A stretch of DNA of 64,000 nucleotides from Octopus sinensis (Eukaryota), in the NCBI RefSeq assembly GCF_006345805.1, contig NC_043000.1, positions 130,882,001 through 130,946,000 on the forward strand. The letters run 5' to 3'. The stretch's first letter is position 1. Each line of letters begins with the position of its first letter. Under the pieces are notes generated by a model that was given only the letters and a program-made list of their open reading frames with translations, did not search any database and was not told the origin of the DNA. This document shows positions 27,460 to 38,502 of the stretch, in pieces. The position numbers and the translations under genes were made by a program.

Positions 27460-28557
27460 ATATATATTGTTGTTGGCATTCTTTTTGTCTCGGGAGACAA
27501 TGGAGTTGCGCATAAAATAATCTAGTCCGGCTTTTACATTTCATGTCCTAATACATCTCCTGCTGTGGCTATGTAGTCCTATCCTGGACAAACACTGCCT
27601 CTGGCAGGTGCCGCAAATGTAGCGAAGACTTTGCCTGGCTGGTTGTAATGTCATAGTTTCTTGTTGACGTCTGTTCTTGTCTTTCCATTTCTCCACTCTC
27701 TCTATGTCACTCCTTTATGTTCCCTATTTTACGGTACGTCGCCAATCTCCCCGGTTGCTGGCAACTGCTTCCCAGTTGGTAATATTGATGTTGCAGGCAT
27801 TCATGTCCCTTTTGCAAACATCCTTGTATCGTAAGAACGGTTTTCCCACATACCTAGTGCCCCTAGCAAGCTCTCCGTAGAGTATGTCCATGAGGATTCT
27901 GCCATCTTCCATACGGCTAACATGTCCAAGCCATCTCATACGTATTTGTGTGAGGGGTGCAAACATGCTTGGTATTCCTGCTTGCTTGAGGACATCTTTG
28001 TTGGGGATATGATTCTGCCATTTAATGCGATGGATTTTCCGGAGGCAGCGCAGGTGAAAGATATTTAGGCGACGCTCTTGGTGTGTGCATCGCGTCCAAG
28101 TCTCACTTCCATACAGTAGAGTGCTATGTACAGATGCCTGGTAAATATTCATTTTTGTGGTGTTGGTCAGCTTATTGTTGTCCCATGCCCGCTTGGAGAG
28201 TTGGGCCATCACAGCAGCTGCCTTTCCAATGCGTATATTGAGCTCAGCATCAAGGGATAGGTGACGGTAGAGCCAAGATAGGTAAACTTCTCCACCTCCT
28301 GTAGTCTGTGGTCTCCAATATGTATGTTTGGGATGTCCGATGGAGCCTGACCCATGATGTTGGTCTTCTTGAGGCTGATAACTAAGCCAAAGTTGCCATA
28401 TGCTTGCTCAAAAGAGTTGATGAGCCTTTGTAGGGCTTCTTCTGTGTGTGATATCAGAGCGGCATCGTCAGCAAATAGCATCTCCTTGATAAGGACGCTT
28501 CTGATTTTGGTCTTGGCACGCAGACGCGAGAGATTGAACAGTTTCCCATCACTTTAC
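27460..28557 (-). mobile_element. 5'-truncated RTE (BovB-like) LINE
   Basis: MLFADDAAL (RT motif), VEKFTYLGS, LLYGSETW, RWLGHVSRMEDGR, GKPFLRYKDVCKRDM; short 3' UTR ending CAACAACAA; frameshifted. Confidence 0.92.
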
Positions 28558-28917
28558 TGGGCAAACAAAAATATGAGACACTGCGTAGAGCTTTTTTATA
28601 TTTTGATAAGCCTGGTACTTATTCTATCAGTTTCTTCTTGTGAAACCAATAAGTCATGGGGATGTAAATAAACGAACACCAGTTGTAAAGCAGTGATGAG
28701 GGAGAAACACAAAGACACACACATAGACTTACATATATACATATACATATACATACAATTGATTTCTTTCAGTTTCTGTCTACAAAATCCCCTGACAAGG
28801 CTTTGGTTGGTCTGAGGCTATAGCAGAAGACACGTGCCAAGTTACCACACAGTGGGACTGAACTGAGGACCATGTGTTTTGGAACCAAGTTTGTTACCAC
28901 ACAGCCACATCTGCACC
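28558..28917 (-). mobile_element. Old SINE family A copy; its 3' ~235 bp are duplicated at 27224-27459
   Basis: Both copies share derived variants (TCTTGTGAAACC, GCAGTGATGAGGG, GGGCAAACAAAAA) absent from the other family-A copies. Confidence 0.75.
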
Positions 28918-29159
28918 TATGTATGTGTGTGGGGGGTGGGGTGGATCGGTGTGTGTGTATGTGTGTATGGGTGTATATATGTATGCATGTATATATGTGT
29001 ATATATATGTGTACATATTACATGTACATCTATATATACATCTAGACATACATGTTTACATATACATGTATATCTATAGAAATACATCTATAAATATACA
29101 TGTATACATATACAGCTATACATATCATATAAATGTGTATATATACATATATATATATA

Positions 29160-29227
<68 letters not shown>

Positions 29228-29323
29228 AAGGGTGAAATATAATTAATTTAATAAAATTAATAAATTTCACCTCGTAGTTTTTTCGGTATGGAAATGACCA
29301 TATTCGGTAAGGATTATATATAA

Positions 29324-29996
29324 CTAGCAGTATCGCCCGGCGTTGCTCGGCTTTGTAAGGGAAATAACTATATAAGCATTTTTAGAGAGTTATAGCAAAA
29401 AAATTAGCAAAAAAATGCATTAAAAATGGAATAAAAAATTATGGTAATTGTTTTTTAATCGTTGACTCATCGTAGACATTTTTAGAGAGTTACTTCCCTT
29501 ATATAATAGCGAAAAAATGCATTAAAATGGAAAAAATGATGGTAATTTTTTTTTTAAATCGTAGACTCATCGTAGACGCTTTCTTAGCCATTTCTGTTTT
29601 GGTGTCTTCAAGCCATGAAGTCGTTGTTCTAAAAGAACGCTGGTCTCCTCGACAATGCTTTACGACGTTGATTTCCTTACACTCCCTTCCCCACAGCTTC
29701 ACGAGGGAGGGAAGAAGGGGGAGAAGCAACACAGGTGCAGGTGTGACCATGGACGCCAACTCCACCGCCATCGACACACGAAGAAATATGCGTTAAAATG
29801 GAAAAAAATGATGTTAAATTATTTTTAAAATCGTAGACTCATTGTAGACGCGCGCTAATACCCAGACGGGCTCGATATGAATCACGACTATAAGATACCC
29901 GAATTTGGTTAAACTGCACCGCAAAATGTGGGAGTAGTTAGGAATCTAAATCGTAGGAGACAGACACTCACACAACTACAGTTTTATATATATAGA
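29324..29996 (-). mobile_element. Non-autonomous Helitron with internal tandem units
   Basis: A|TC...CTAG|T ends; three ~70-bp units AAAAATG...ATCGTAGACTCATCGTAGAC; homologous to 9491-9884. Confidence 0.85.
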
Positions 29997-30534
29997 TTAT
30001 AATAAAGGGTTAATTGCAACAAGTTGCTGAAAACCACATACCGAAAATATTAGAAATAGCAGCCAAACAGGTCACCATTACTACTACTAGAAAAATAAGT
30101 CTCCACAAACAAACAGAATTTGTAACCCGTATATGGTAAAGAGAAAGAAGATAACGAAATCCCAGCCTATTTGGATTAATTATGGACGAATTCGTTTCTG
30201 CATTAGAATCGAAAGTTCCTTTCCTTATCAACATAATATTTCCCATAAATCTAGAAATGCTAGGAAAAAACTCACCCATTACATCAACTCGACCAGGCGA
30301 CATCGAACGATATAACGGTCTGCCAGCATCTCCACAATTATATAGACAGGCGAATTCGTATCTCCCTCCGCTATAGTCCTTTATGTATAAAACATAAACC
30401 AACAGCAGTACTCAGTAGAAGCGGCTGTTTGAGAAAACAGACATTACATACAGCCAAACTTCATACAGATACTAATTGCTAGCTAATTAGCAGATAATCT
30501 AATGTAAAAGCCGTGGTAAACGGTATGTGCACAG

Positions 30535-31012
30535 CTCCATCTGGACTATTCCATTTCTGCACACTAATTTTATTTTTAATTTATTCCCATTCATGTGGAA
30601 CCACTTATTCAAGTTCAAGACATTGATGCAATTTTATACCAATTGCTATTTTTACTTTTGTTTTGTTTCGATTATATTATACTTTAGTTTGATTTTAATT
30701 ATTACTTACTACATATAATTCAATTGTTATTATTATCTCTAATTTTTATTGTTAAAGTGAAAGTATCTGACATAAAATAGAGAAATGTTTTTGTTTCACT
30801 TTTAACACGTAATACTGAAATAATGTAGAAGATATGATATTGCTATGGGCTCGCTCTAGGCAAGAAGTCGAACATTTGTTTTGCCCATGAAACTACATGG
30901 ACCCTAAGGTCCATGTGTAAACTTTGAATGAAATTGGTTGTGTAGTTCTCAAGTTTTAGGGAGACACAGACAGACAGACAGACAGACACACATTCTCAGT
31001 TTTATATATAGA
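30535..31012 (-). mobile_element. Partial copy of the Helitron at 11745
   Basis: Reverse-complement match to 11760-12225. Confidence 0.75.
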
Positions 31013-32017
31013 TAGATATATACGTGTGTGTATGCGTGTGGGGTTTTCTTTGTGTCTGTGTGCGTACTCATATGTCGACATTTCATTCTTACTAGAGTCG
31101 ATTTTTGTTTTCCATTCATTGTCGAGTACCAGTAGTATATGATAGTTTAATATAATTGACCAGACGTCCTCTCTCACAATAAAATGGTATTCTGCTATTG
31201 AATAAAAAATGTTACAAAGTCTCTTTGGATGTTAAAGTTATTTAATGTGAAAAACGGTAATGGAACATCTTTTTCTTGTGAACCCTTTCAAACTCTCATC
31301 TTAAACACAAAAAGTAAATCATAAGCTATAAAACATAGATACACTTTTAGTAGTTTATTGCAAAAACGTTCGTTCCATTAATGCATTCAACGTTTAAATC
31401 GTGAAATCTTTTCTTATAATAGAAGTAAAACAAAACTAAAAGACCCCACCCTCGTGGGTCTACTAAATACTAACTAGAAAGTAGGTTTCTTTTCTTTCTT
31501 TCAATGGATAATTAAATTTCTGAGTTATATAAATGCTATAGTTTATATGGCTACTATGAAGTGCCTGCTCTGTTTGAGGGCATTAAGAACAGGAACATAT
31601 ATCTACATACACACATATATACACGCATGTGTATTTGAGTAAATGTGTGTGCGTGTACATATGCGCGTGCGAATACACACACATTCACATATTATTTAGC
31701 TGTGCTCCACATTTGTGAAGCGAGTTCTATTTCTTCTGTTTGTGCTACTAAACTTATGTATGTATGTATATATCTGTATGTATGTGCGTGCATGTGTGTA
31801 TATATGTGTGTGTATGTATGTACGTAAGCATGTACATATATATATACCCAAATATATTCATATATATGCATGTAAACGTATAGAACGGCATATATAATCT
31901 CTGTATCTATTTCTTTCTCTCTAGATTTTTATCATATATAATACATATAGTAATTATATATGTGAGTAGGTGTATGTGCCTAGGTGTATGTATCCGTGGA
32001 TGCAGGTGTGTGTGTGT

Positions 32018-32054
<37 letters not shown>

Positions 32055-32863
32055 TGTGTGTGTCTGTGTGTGTCTGTGTGTACGTGTGTGTGTGTTAATA
32101 TATATTTCACGACGAAATAATGGTTGTCTTCAGAAGCATGCTAAACGGTTCTATTTAAGTTTTTACAACTTTACATATGATGGATGAGATGAGTGAGCAA
32201 TACGACATATGAATAATGATGGCCGTAAAATTGCTGTCGACTGATATACATAAAAAAAAATTTCCCATTTTCAGTATAAAGAAAATGCATTGAAAGTAGT
32301 TGAGATACAATACAGATTTTAGTTTCGGCAATCAATGTTATCAATTCAAATATTCTTATGAATGACTTTCTGTATCTTCTCTTCTAGGAACGATAAAATG
32401 ACGACCAGTTATGTAACGGCGTAGACGCATTCATTCACCATTATGTTATTTTGATTTCAGCATAGCTACATCTCCAGATTTTTTTAACGATCATTTACCG
32501 TACAATGCTTGAGGCCACTGTAGCGTAAGGGTCTAAAAAGAAGAAAAAAGAAGGGGCTTACGAATTCAAAAGATGTCAATTGATAGAAAACTCAAAAGAC
32601 TGAATATCACATCCAAGAAACAAAAAAAAAAAAAACAACGATGGACTTGAGTTCCAAAGAGCAGCAGCTCGAGGCAAATCGCTTTTAGAATAAAAGAACA
32701 TGATTAACAGGAAGCTCAGCAGAGAAACGATGTATCTGGGAACAGAAGCGGGTGACATATTGAAAGATCTTGACAGAGACTACTAAACCAAAGCAATGAC
32801 CATGGAAATACTGATAAAGACATAACGAAAATACATTCGAATGATAAGTCAAAGACTCTTACC

Positions 32864-33210
32864 TATTTCTTTACTACTCACAAGGGGCTAAACACAAAGA
32901 GGACAAACAAAGACAGACAAACGGCAAAGTCGACCTCGACGGAATTTTGAACTCAGAACGTAAAGACAAACGAAATACCTATTTCTTTGCTACCTACAAG
33001 GGGCTAAACACAGAGAGAACAAACAAGGACAGACAAACGGATTAAGTCGATTATATCGACTCCAGTGCGTAACTGGTACTTAATTTATCGACCTCGAAAG
33101 GATGGAAGGCAAAGTTGACCTCGGTGGAATTTGAACTCAGAACGTAACGGCAGACAACTACGGCTACGCATTTCGCCCGGCGTGCTAACGTTTCTTCCAG
33201 CTCGCCGCCT
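32864..33210 (-). mobile_element. SINE family B multimer (full copy + internally deleted restart)
   Basis: 15-bp TSD TCAAAGACTCTTACC at 32849-32863 and 33211-33225. Confidence 0.85.
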
Positions 33211-33729
33211 TCAAAGACTCTTACCAAGTAGAAAGTGGATTTAGCATGTTCACAGCTCTTTCTAAGCACGATCAAACAAGCTAAAACACTCAAAAGAAGC
33301 ATATGCCCGAATACAATAGTAATATTCAATGCAAGGTCGAATATATATATGCAAGATACTCTTATGAGAAATTTGTGAACACAGAAGAGAGATCCAAAGT
33401 TCTTGGTAGCTGACATGGCAATGGATTCAATATATCTGTCCCAAGAGAGTTCATGTGTGTTTAAATATATTCACAAATTGTTGAGGAGTTACGTACAAAA
33501 AATATTTACTATGAGACAGTTGACAGTCTAGAAATTCTGTGCGTTGAGCAGACTGGATAATCACAGCTACGCTCTTCTAGCAGCACAGACTTTAGTCACA
33601 GACTTTGATTACCTTTATTTTACATTAAGTAATACTATAAGGAAATAGTAACTAAATAGTGCTGTGTGAAACACGAATGAACACCGTAAGTAGCTACATT
33701 AATAATAGCAACAACAATAACAACAACAA

Positions 33730-33860
33730 CAAGCTCAGAAAATATAAATGTTTGATGAGTGAAGTCGAAAAGATGTGGCATCTCAAGACGGTTACAATAC
33801 CAGTGATTGTAGGAATACATGGAATAATAAGAATAGGAACTGAAAACTATTTTACTCCTT
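33730..33860 (+). mobile_element. 3' fragment of an RLE-type (R4/NeSL-like) non-LTR element
   Basis: Peptide KYKCLMSEVEKMWHLKTVTIPVIVG resembles the restriction-like endonuclease C-terminus. Confidence 0.5.
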
Positions 33861-34493
33861 TATTTTCTTTGTTTTATTTTTTTTTTTTTTCATATTTTCC
33901 TTCTTTCCTTTTTCGCTCTGTTTTTCTTCCCCGTTTTTCTATCACATGACTTTGTGAATGAACAATCTGGTGTGTTTATTTTTCTGCCGAACAACCAGCG
34001 CAAATAATTTGTCATTAGTGACATTAGCTCACTCTCTCCATCAAATCGACGTTACCTGAACAGTGCACAGTGTGCCACGCGTCAGGTGTCGAAGTGATCG
34101 CAGAGCAAGGTGTGATGAAGTGTCTTGCCCAAGACACAACGCACCACCCAGTGGTTAAATGACAACATTTACTAATGAAAAGTTAGTATAGGGAAGTCAA
34201 ATTTGAATTTATTTAGTGGTCCAGGTTGATCTCTTTAGACATATCCCTTCAGAGAGCAAAATATTCTAAATACTTATTTTATACATATAAAACTGTATAA
34301 AACCTATAAAAATAGCGGACATTTGCTTATGTGAAATTATTTTGAACCAGTTGTCCAAATTTTGGTAGTTATTTAAAATTTCTTTCGTGACGTCTAAGAA
34401 CAGCAATAGGAATTAAATATTCCACAAATCATAGTTGATTTCTTGAATTTAAGCCGAAATTGAATAGGGACTAAAAGTATTAATCATATATAT

Positions 34494-34532
<39 letters not shown>

Positions 34533-35035
34533 GACAAACATACACACACACACACACTCACGCTATATATATATATGTGTATGTATATGTATAAATATAT
34601 GTGTGTGTATTTGCACGTGTGCATGTGTGTGTGTGAGTATATGTTCGTGTGGGGAGGTGAGTGTGTGTGTAAGTGGGGAATGGTCAGAATTTCCGATCAT
34701 GATTGTTTAATTGGTCAATCAACTGTTTCACCAGAATCATTGAATTAGAGAGCAAGAGAAAAAATATATCACAGACATGTTTATTCTTAATGCAATTTTC
34801 AGGCCGAACCAGAGTGACACTGCATGTTGAAGCAGGACTTTTATATTACAAGTATAATCTATTCGACCGGCTGTTATACAGTTTCAGTCTACACAATACA
34901 AATCACAAAGTAAGGCCCCGACAAAGGCAGTACAAAATTAAATGTACCCGAAATGCCGCGTAGAACCACAAATAACAACGAACTTTTTGGTGGGTTCTAC
35001 ACAGTTTTCATCGAACAAAATTAACTAGATAGGTG

Positions 35036-35275
35036 CCGGCGTGGCTGTGTGGTAAGAAGCTTGCTTCTTACTCACATGACTCCGGGTTCAGTGTTACTGC
35101 GTGGTACCTTGGGTAAGTGTCTTCTACTGTTGCGGCGGACCGACCAAAGCCTTGTGAGGAATAAGTACCACGTTTAACAAAATATAATTACTGGGGTCGA
35201 TTCATTCGAATAAAAATTCTTCAAGGTGTTGCCCCAGCCTGGCCGCAGTCTAATGACTGAAACAAGTAAAATATG
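35036..35275 (+). mobile_element. SINE family A with internal deletion
   Basis: Head joined directly to tail; central microsatellite missing. Confidence 0.7.
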
Positions 35276-35986
35276 AAATAAGAAAGACTATAGTCGTATT
35301 GAAGCTATGATTGAAGACATTTATCCATATTTCTGGACAGTGAGAATGAACCTAACATCCCGTGGTCACGGGGCTAACTTCACAACCATAGATTTGCCTA
35401 CGCTAGCAAAATGCATACGTTACATACAAACTTACTTATGCTACAATAATGGAACCAAAAAATCCATTCTATCATTAAAAATCAATAAATCATTTATGAA
35501 ACTGAAGTTTTTTGCTGAATTACCTTTCCTAATGGAAGCTGTATGTCAGTCAAACAAGTAATCCATTAAAAATTATAATAAATGAGAGACATTTTTCTAA
35601 AAGAAATTCTTTTGGAATTTTTTAATGAATAATTACATGTTATTTTGTCACGTAGGAATGATAATTTATTTAGTATAACATAATAATCCTAATATACTTC
35701 AATGCATTGCTTTTATGTGTATTCTTGTATTGTTTTTATCGTTCTACTGGTTCCAGACGTTCAGTAGTACCCATGCTTGGGCAACACCTGCAAAGTACTT
35801 TAATCGACTTATCGATACCAGCACTGGTACATATTTTATAGAATTCAAAGAAGGAAGTCGTGCTTGGTGTAAGTGGATACTGCATACAATTTTAAAAATT
35901 CCTCCCAACTCATCTGCACTCCCATTTGAAGATTAGACTATAAGCCAGCAAAACACTTGTCCTTTTACAGTATTCAAGTGGGTATG

Positions 35987-36191
35987 TGTTATATCGCAAT
36001 ACTACACAGTGGCTGTGTGAGTACGAAATCCTCGTCGCCACTGTTATGTCGCACGTTCGGATGCCTTCTACTCAACACTACTCAACTACTCTGTTCGACT
36101 GTGCTCAACTGTCCTCTGACGTCTAGGCTTCTCCCACTATATCTACGTATTGGGCTAGCCTACTTCATCGTCTGGGGGCGTCCACACAACA
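35987..36191 (-). mobile_element. 205-bp LTR mini-element (LTR + PBS + short tail)
   Basis: 5-bp TSD GTATG (35982-35986, 36192-36196); TGTT...AACA termini; 150-bp LTR 36042-36191; PBS TGGCGACGAGGAT at 36040-36028. Confidence 0.75.
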
Positions 36192-36246
36192 GTATGCATA
36201 GAGAGAATGTAAGAAAGCGAAATACACTTTGCAATGAATGACTTAC

Positions 36247-36363
36247 CCTAAATTCCCTATACACGAAATAGCATTGTCTATGATATCCTCGGTAGTTCAA
36301 GATATTCAGATAGAAACCTATACGATTGATGCACGGTAAAAAAAAATTTCGCTGTAAATCCAT
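36247..36363 (-). CDS. Candidate first coding exon of an unidentified host gene (39 codons)
   Basis: CCGCCATGG start context, in-frame stop 15 codons upstream, phase-0 donor AGG|GTAAGT; peptide MDLQRNFFLPCINRIGFYLNILNYRGYHRQCYFVYREFR not recognised. Confidence 0.35.
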
Positions 36364-37343
36364 GGCGGAAAATCCATAGTTATTAATTAGATCGTAATCG
36401 TAATTTCATCGCCAGGTAATAACATAGCAAACTAATGTATCGTGGGTAGATTCATTGTTATTCCAAATACACCGTCATTCTTTTTATCAGCAGAATAAAT
36501 GCATTACTAAACAGTATTTTAGAGATTTTATATTTTTATTCACAGAGTTAATCCTTTACTTTTTGTTGACAATGAAAACTAAATTCTAAGAAAAAATTCT
36601 ATTCTACGATCTGAAAATTTTAGAAATCATAAAACAAATAATAATAAATAATAATACAGCAAATAGGCATTGCTCATAGTTTGTCTTTTTACGTTTCTTC
36701 TTTCTTCCGATTCAAATTAGTGCTATCTTTTTACGGTATTTTTAAAGTAACTTCGATTTGTTTTTATGTTTATATTAAGCAAATGTATTTACTTAATTTT
36801 TTTCCTCTCTGAATTTCTTTTCCATTGTTAATAAAATGTGACATTTATTCTACGAATAAAAGCTTGAAATAATATTTAGAATAATATTTAGCGATTTATT
36901 TAGACTGCAGATAAAAAGTATGATAAGGGATTTACCGAGGATATATTTGGCATGACGAATAATTAACTAAAGCGATGTAATTACTTTGGGAAGAAATTAC
37001 CAAGCGATGAAATTACAGGCGATAAATTTGCTGGATACTCCTAAAAGAAGCGCCTTCATTTTTACATTCGGTTTTGGGATAAATTCTTGCAAATAATAAA
37101 ATATTTCTATTCAGCTGTAATATATTTTGAATTTTACATATCCATTTTAATGAAAACGACTGTATTTAAAATATATGTTGCATATAAAGCATGTAAAAAG
37201 TATATATTGCAGAAAGATATTTTGTTGATATAGGAAACGACAGCCCATAGTCGAGAACAAAGGAAAAAAGCCGTCGATGGCCTATGCTCTATAGGAAGTT
37301 AAGGGCTTAAGTAGTATTTTTTAGCGGAGTTAGTCAACTATAT

Positions 37344-38444
37344 TGTTACGGGTTTAACTAGTGCAGTGTTTCTGACCCACATAGGAATAATGGCACCATC
37401 CTGTCTGGTGAAAATGTGACAGTCTTTTGTCTAATGGAGGACTGATGGGTTTTGGAATGACCTGTGACCTCGTGCGGCTGAGAAGAGGGTCAGTGAGAAT
37501 GTGAAAGAGGAAGACAGATTAAGGGAATCTAAGAGCAGATGGAGAGGGTATTGACAGTAAGAGAGAAGGACAAGCAGAGAGTATGGTAGAGCTGTCATGA
37601 GAGAGATAGAGTATAAGACTAAGGGACAGTTAGAGAGGGTATGAGCGGTACAGAGGGAGATGAGGGAGTGGAAGAAGCACAGAGACGAAGTGAGGTCTTG
37701 GCAGTCGTTGAGCGGTCGTCGAGGAACACAGATGGATCTTGGAGTCGCTGGCCGGTCCTCGAAGAAGACAGACGGATTCTGGAGGTCAGAGCGAGTAGAT
37801 GGAATCTTGGAAGCGTTGGAATTCTTAGGAGCAAGTTGGATGCGAGAAAGCTTGGCGGCACAGAAGGGAATTAGCAGTATTGAGAGGAATGGGACACTGG
37901 CAGATTCAATTAGGAATTGAGGTATGTGTTTGTGCATTGATATGTTTCACGGTGTATTGAACAGTGAAAAGAACAGTCAAGGACTCTGTCGATGTGGTCG
38001 ATAAAGGACATTGTGAAGAAGAAGAGTAAAGGACTTGTTGATTGTGATGTTTAGGAAGAGACTTTAAAGAACTGTTGTCTTGGGACGTGTACTCTTGAAT
38101 TGTTACATGATGTTGTATTATGCTTTGAGTTGTACTCTTGAAATGCTGTTGTGTTATGTATTGAGTAGTCACGTGCATGCTTTGATGTATCTTGATGTTG
38201 TAACAATTGTAATTGTCGTATAAACTGTTGTTTGAATATAAGCCAGTGTTGCCAGTTGTTGCCTTGCCTCTTTGGGTTGTATCTCGGGTTGTGCCTCTGT
38301 ATCTCTGTGCTGCTGAGGTTGTGGTTGTTGTTGTATCTCTACTCTCTCCTCTCCGGCGAGTTTGCGTGGCGGGAACATTCGCTGATCGAATCGGGCCTGT
38401 CTGAGGGATTCCGTACAGTTTTCGGAGGTCCCCGTTTCGTAACA
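37344..38444 (+). repeat. 5' LTR (1101 bp)
   Basis: First 981 bp nearly identical to 40448-41446. Confidence 0.95.
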
Positions 38445-38446
38445 AC

Positions 38447-38465
38447 TGGTGTCAGAAGTGGGATT
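38447..38465 (+). promoter_or_regulatory. Primer binding site complementary to the tRNA-Leu(CAA) 3' end
   Basis: TGGTGTCAGAAGTGGGATT, 2 nt after the LTR end; complement of ...AATCCCACTTCTGACACCA. Confidence 0.85.
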
Positions 38466-38502
38466 GTCCTGATTGCTGCGTTTCGATCGGTTCTTTTTCG
38501 CT

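Noticed and set aside
30010-30402. 130-aa minus-strand ORF
   Set aside because: Lies in a repeat related to 42530; no recognisable domain or splice support.
37431-37937. 168-174-aa antisense ORFs in both LTRs (also 40535-41059)
   Set aside because: Leu/Ser-rich products expected from the complement of GA-rich LTR sequence; duplicated only because the LTR is.
38232-38502. N-terminal part of the 724-aa ORF call
   Set aside because: It starts at a non-ATG codon inside the 5' LTR and crosses the PBS; ATG 38503 is the more plausible start.
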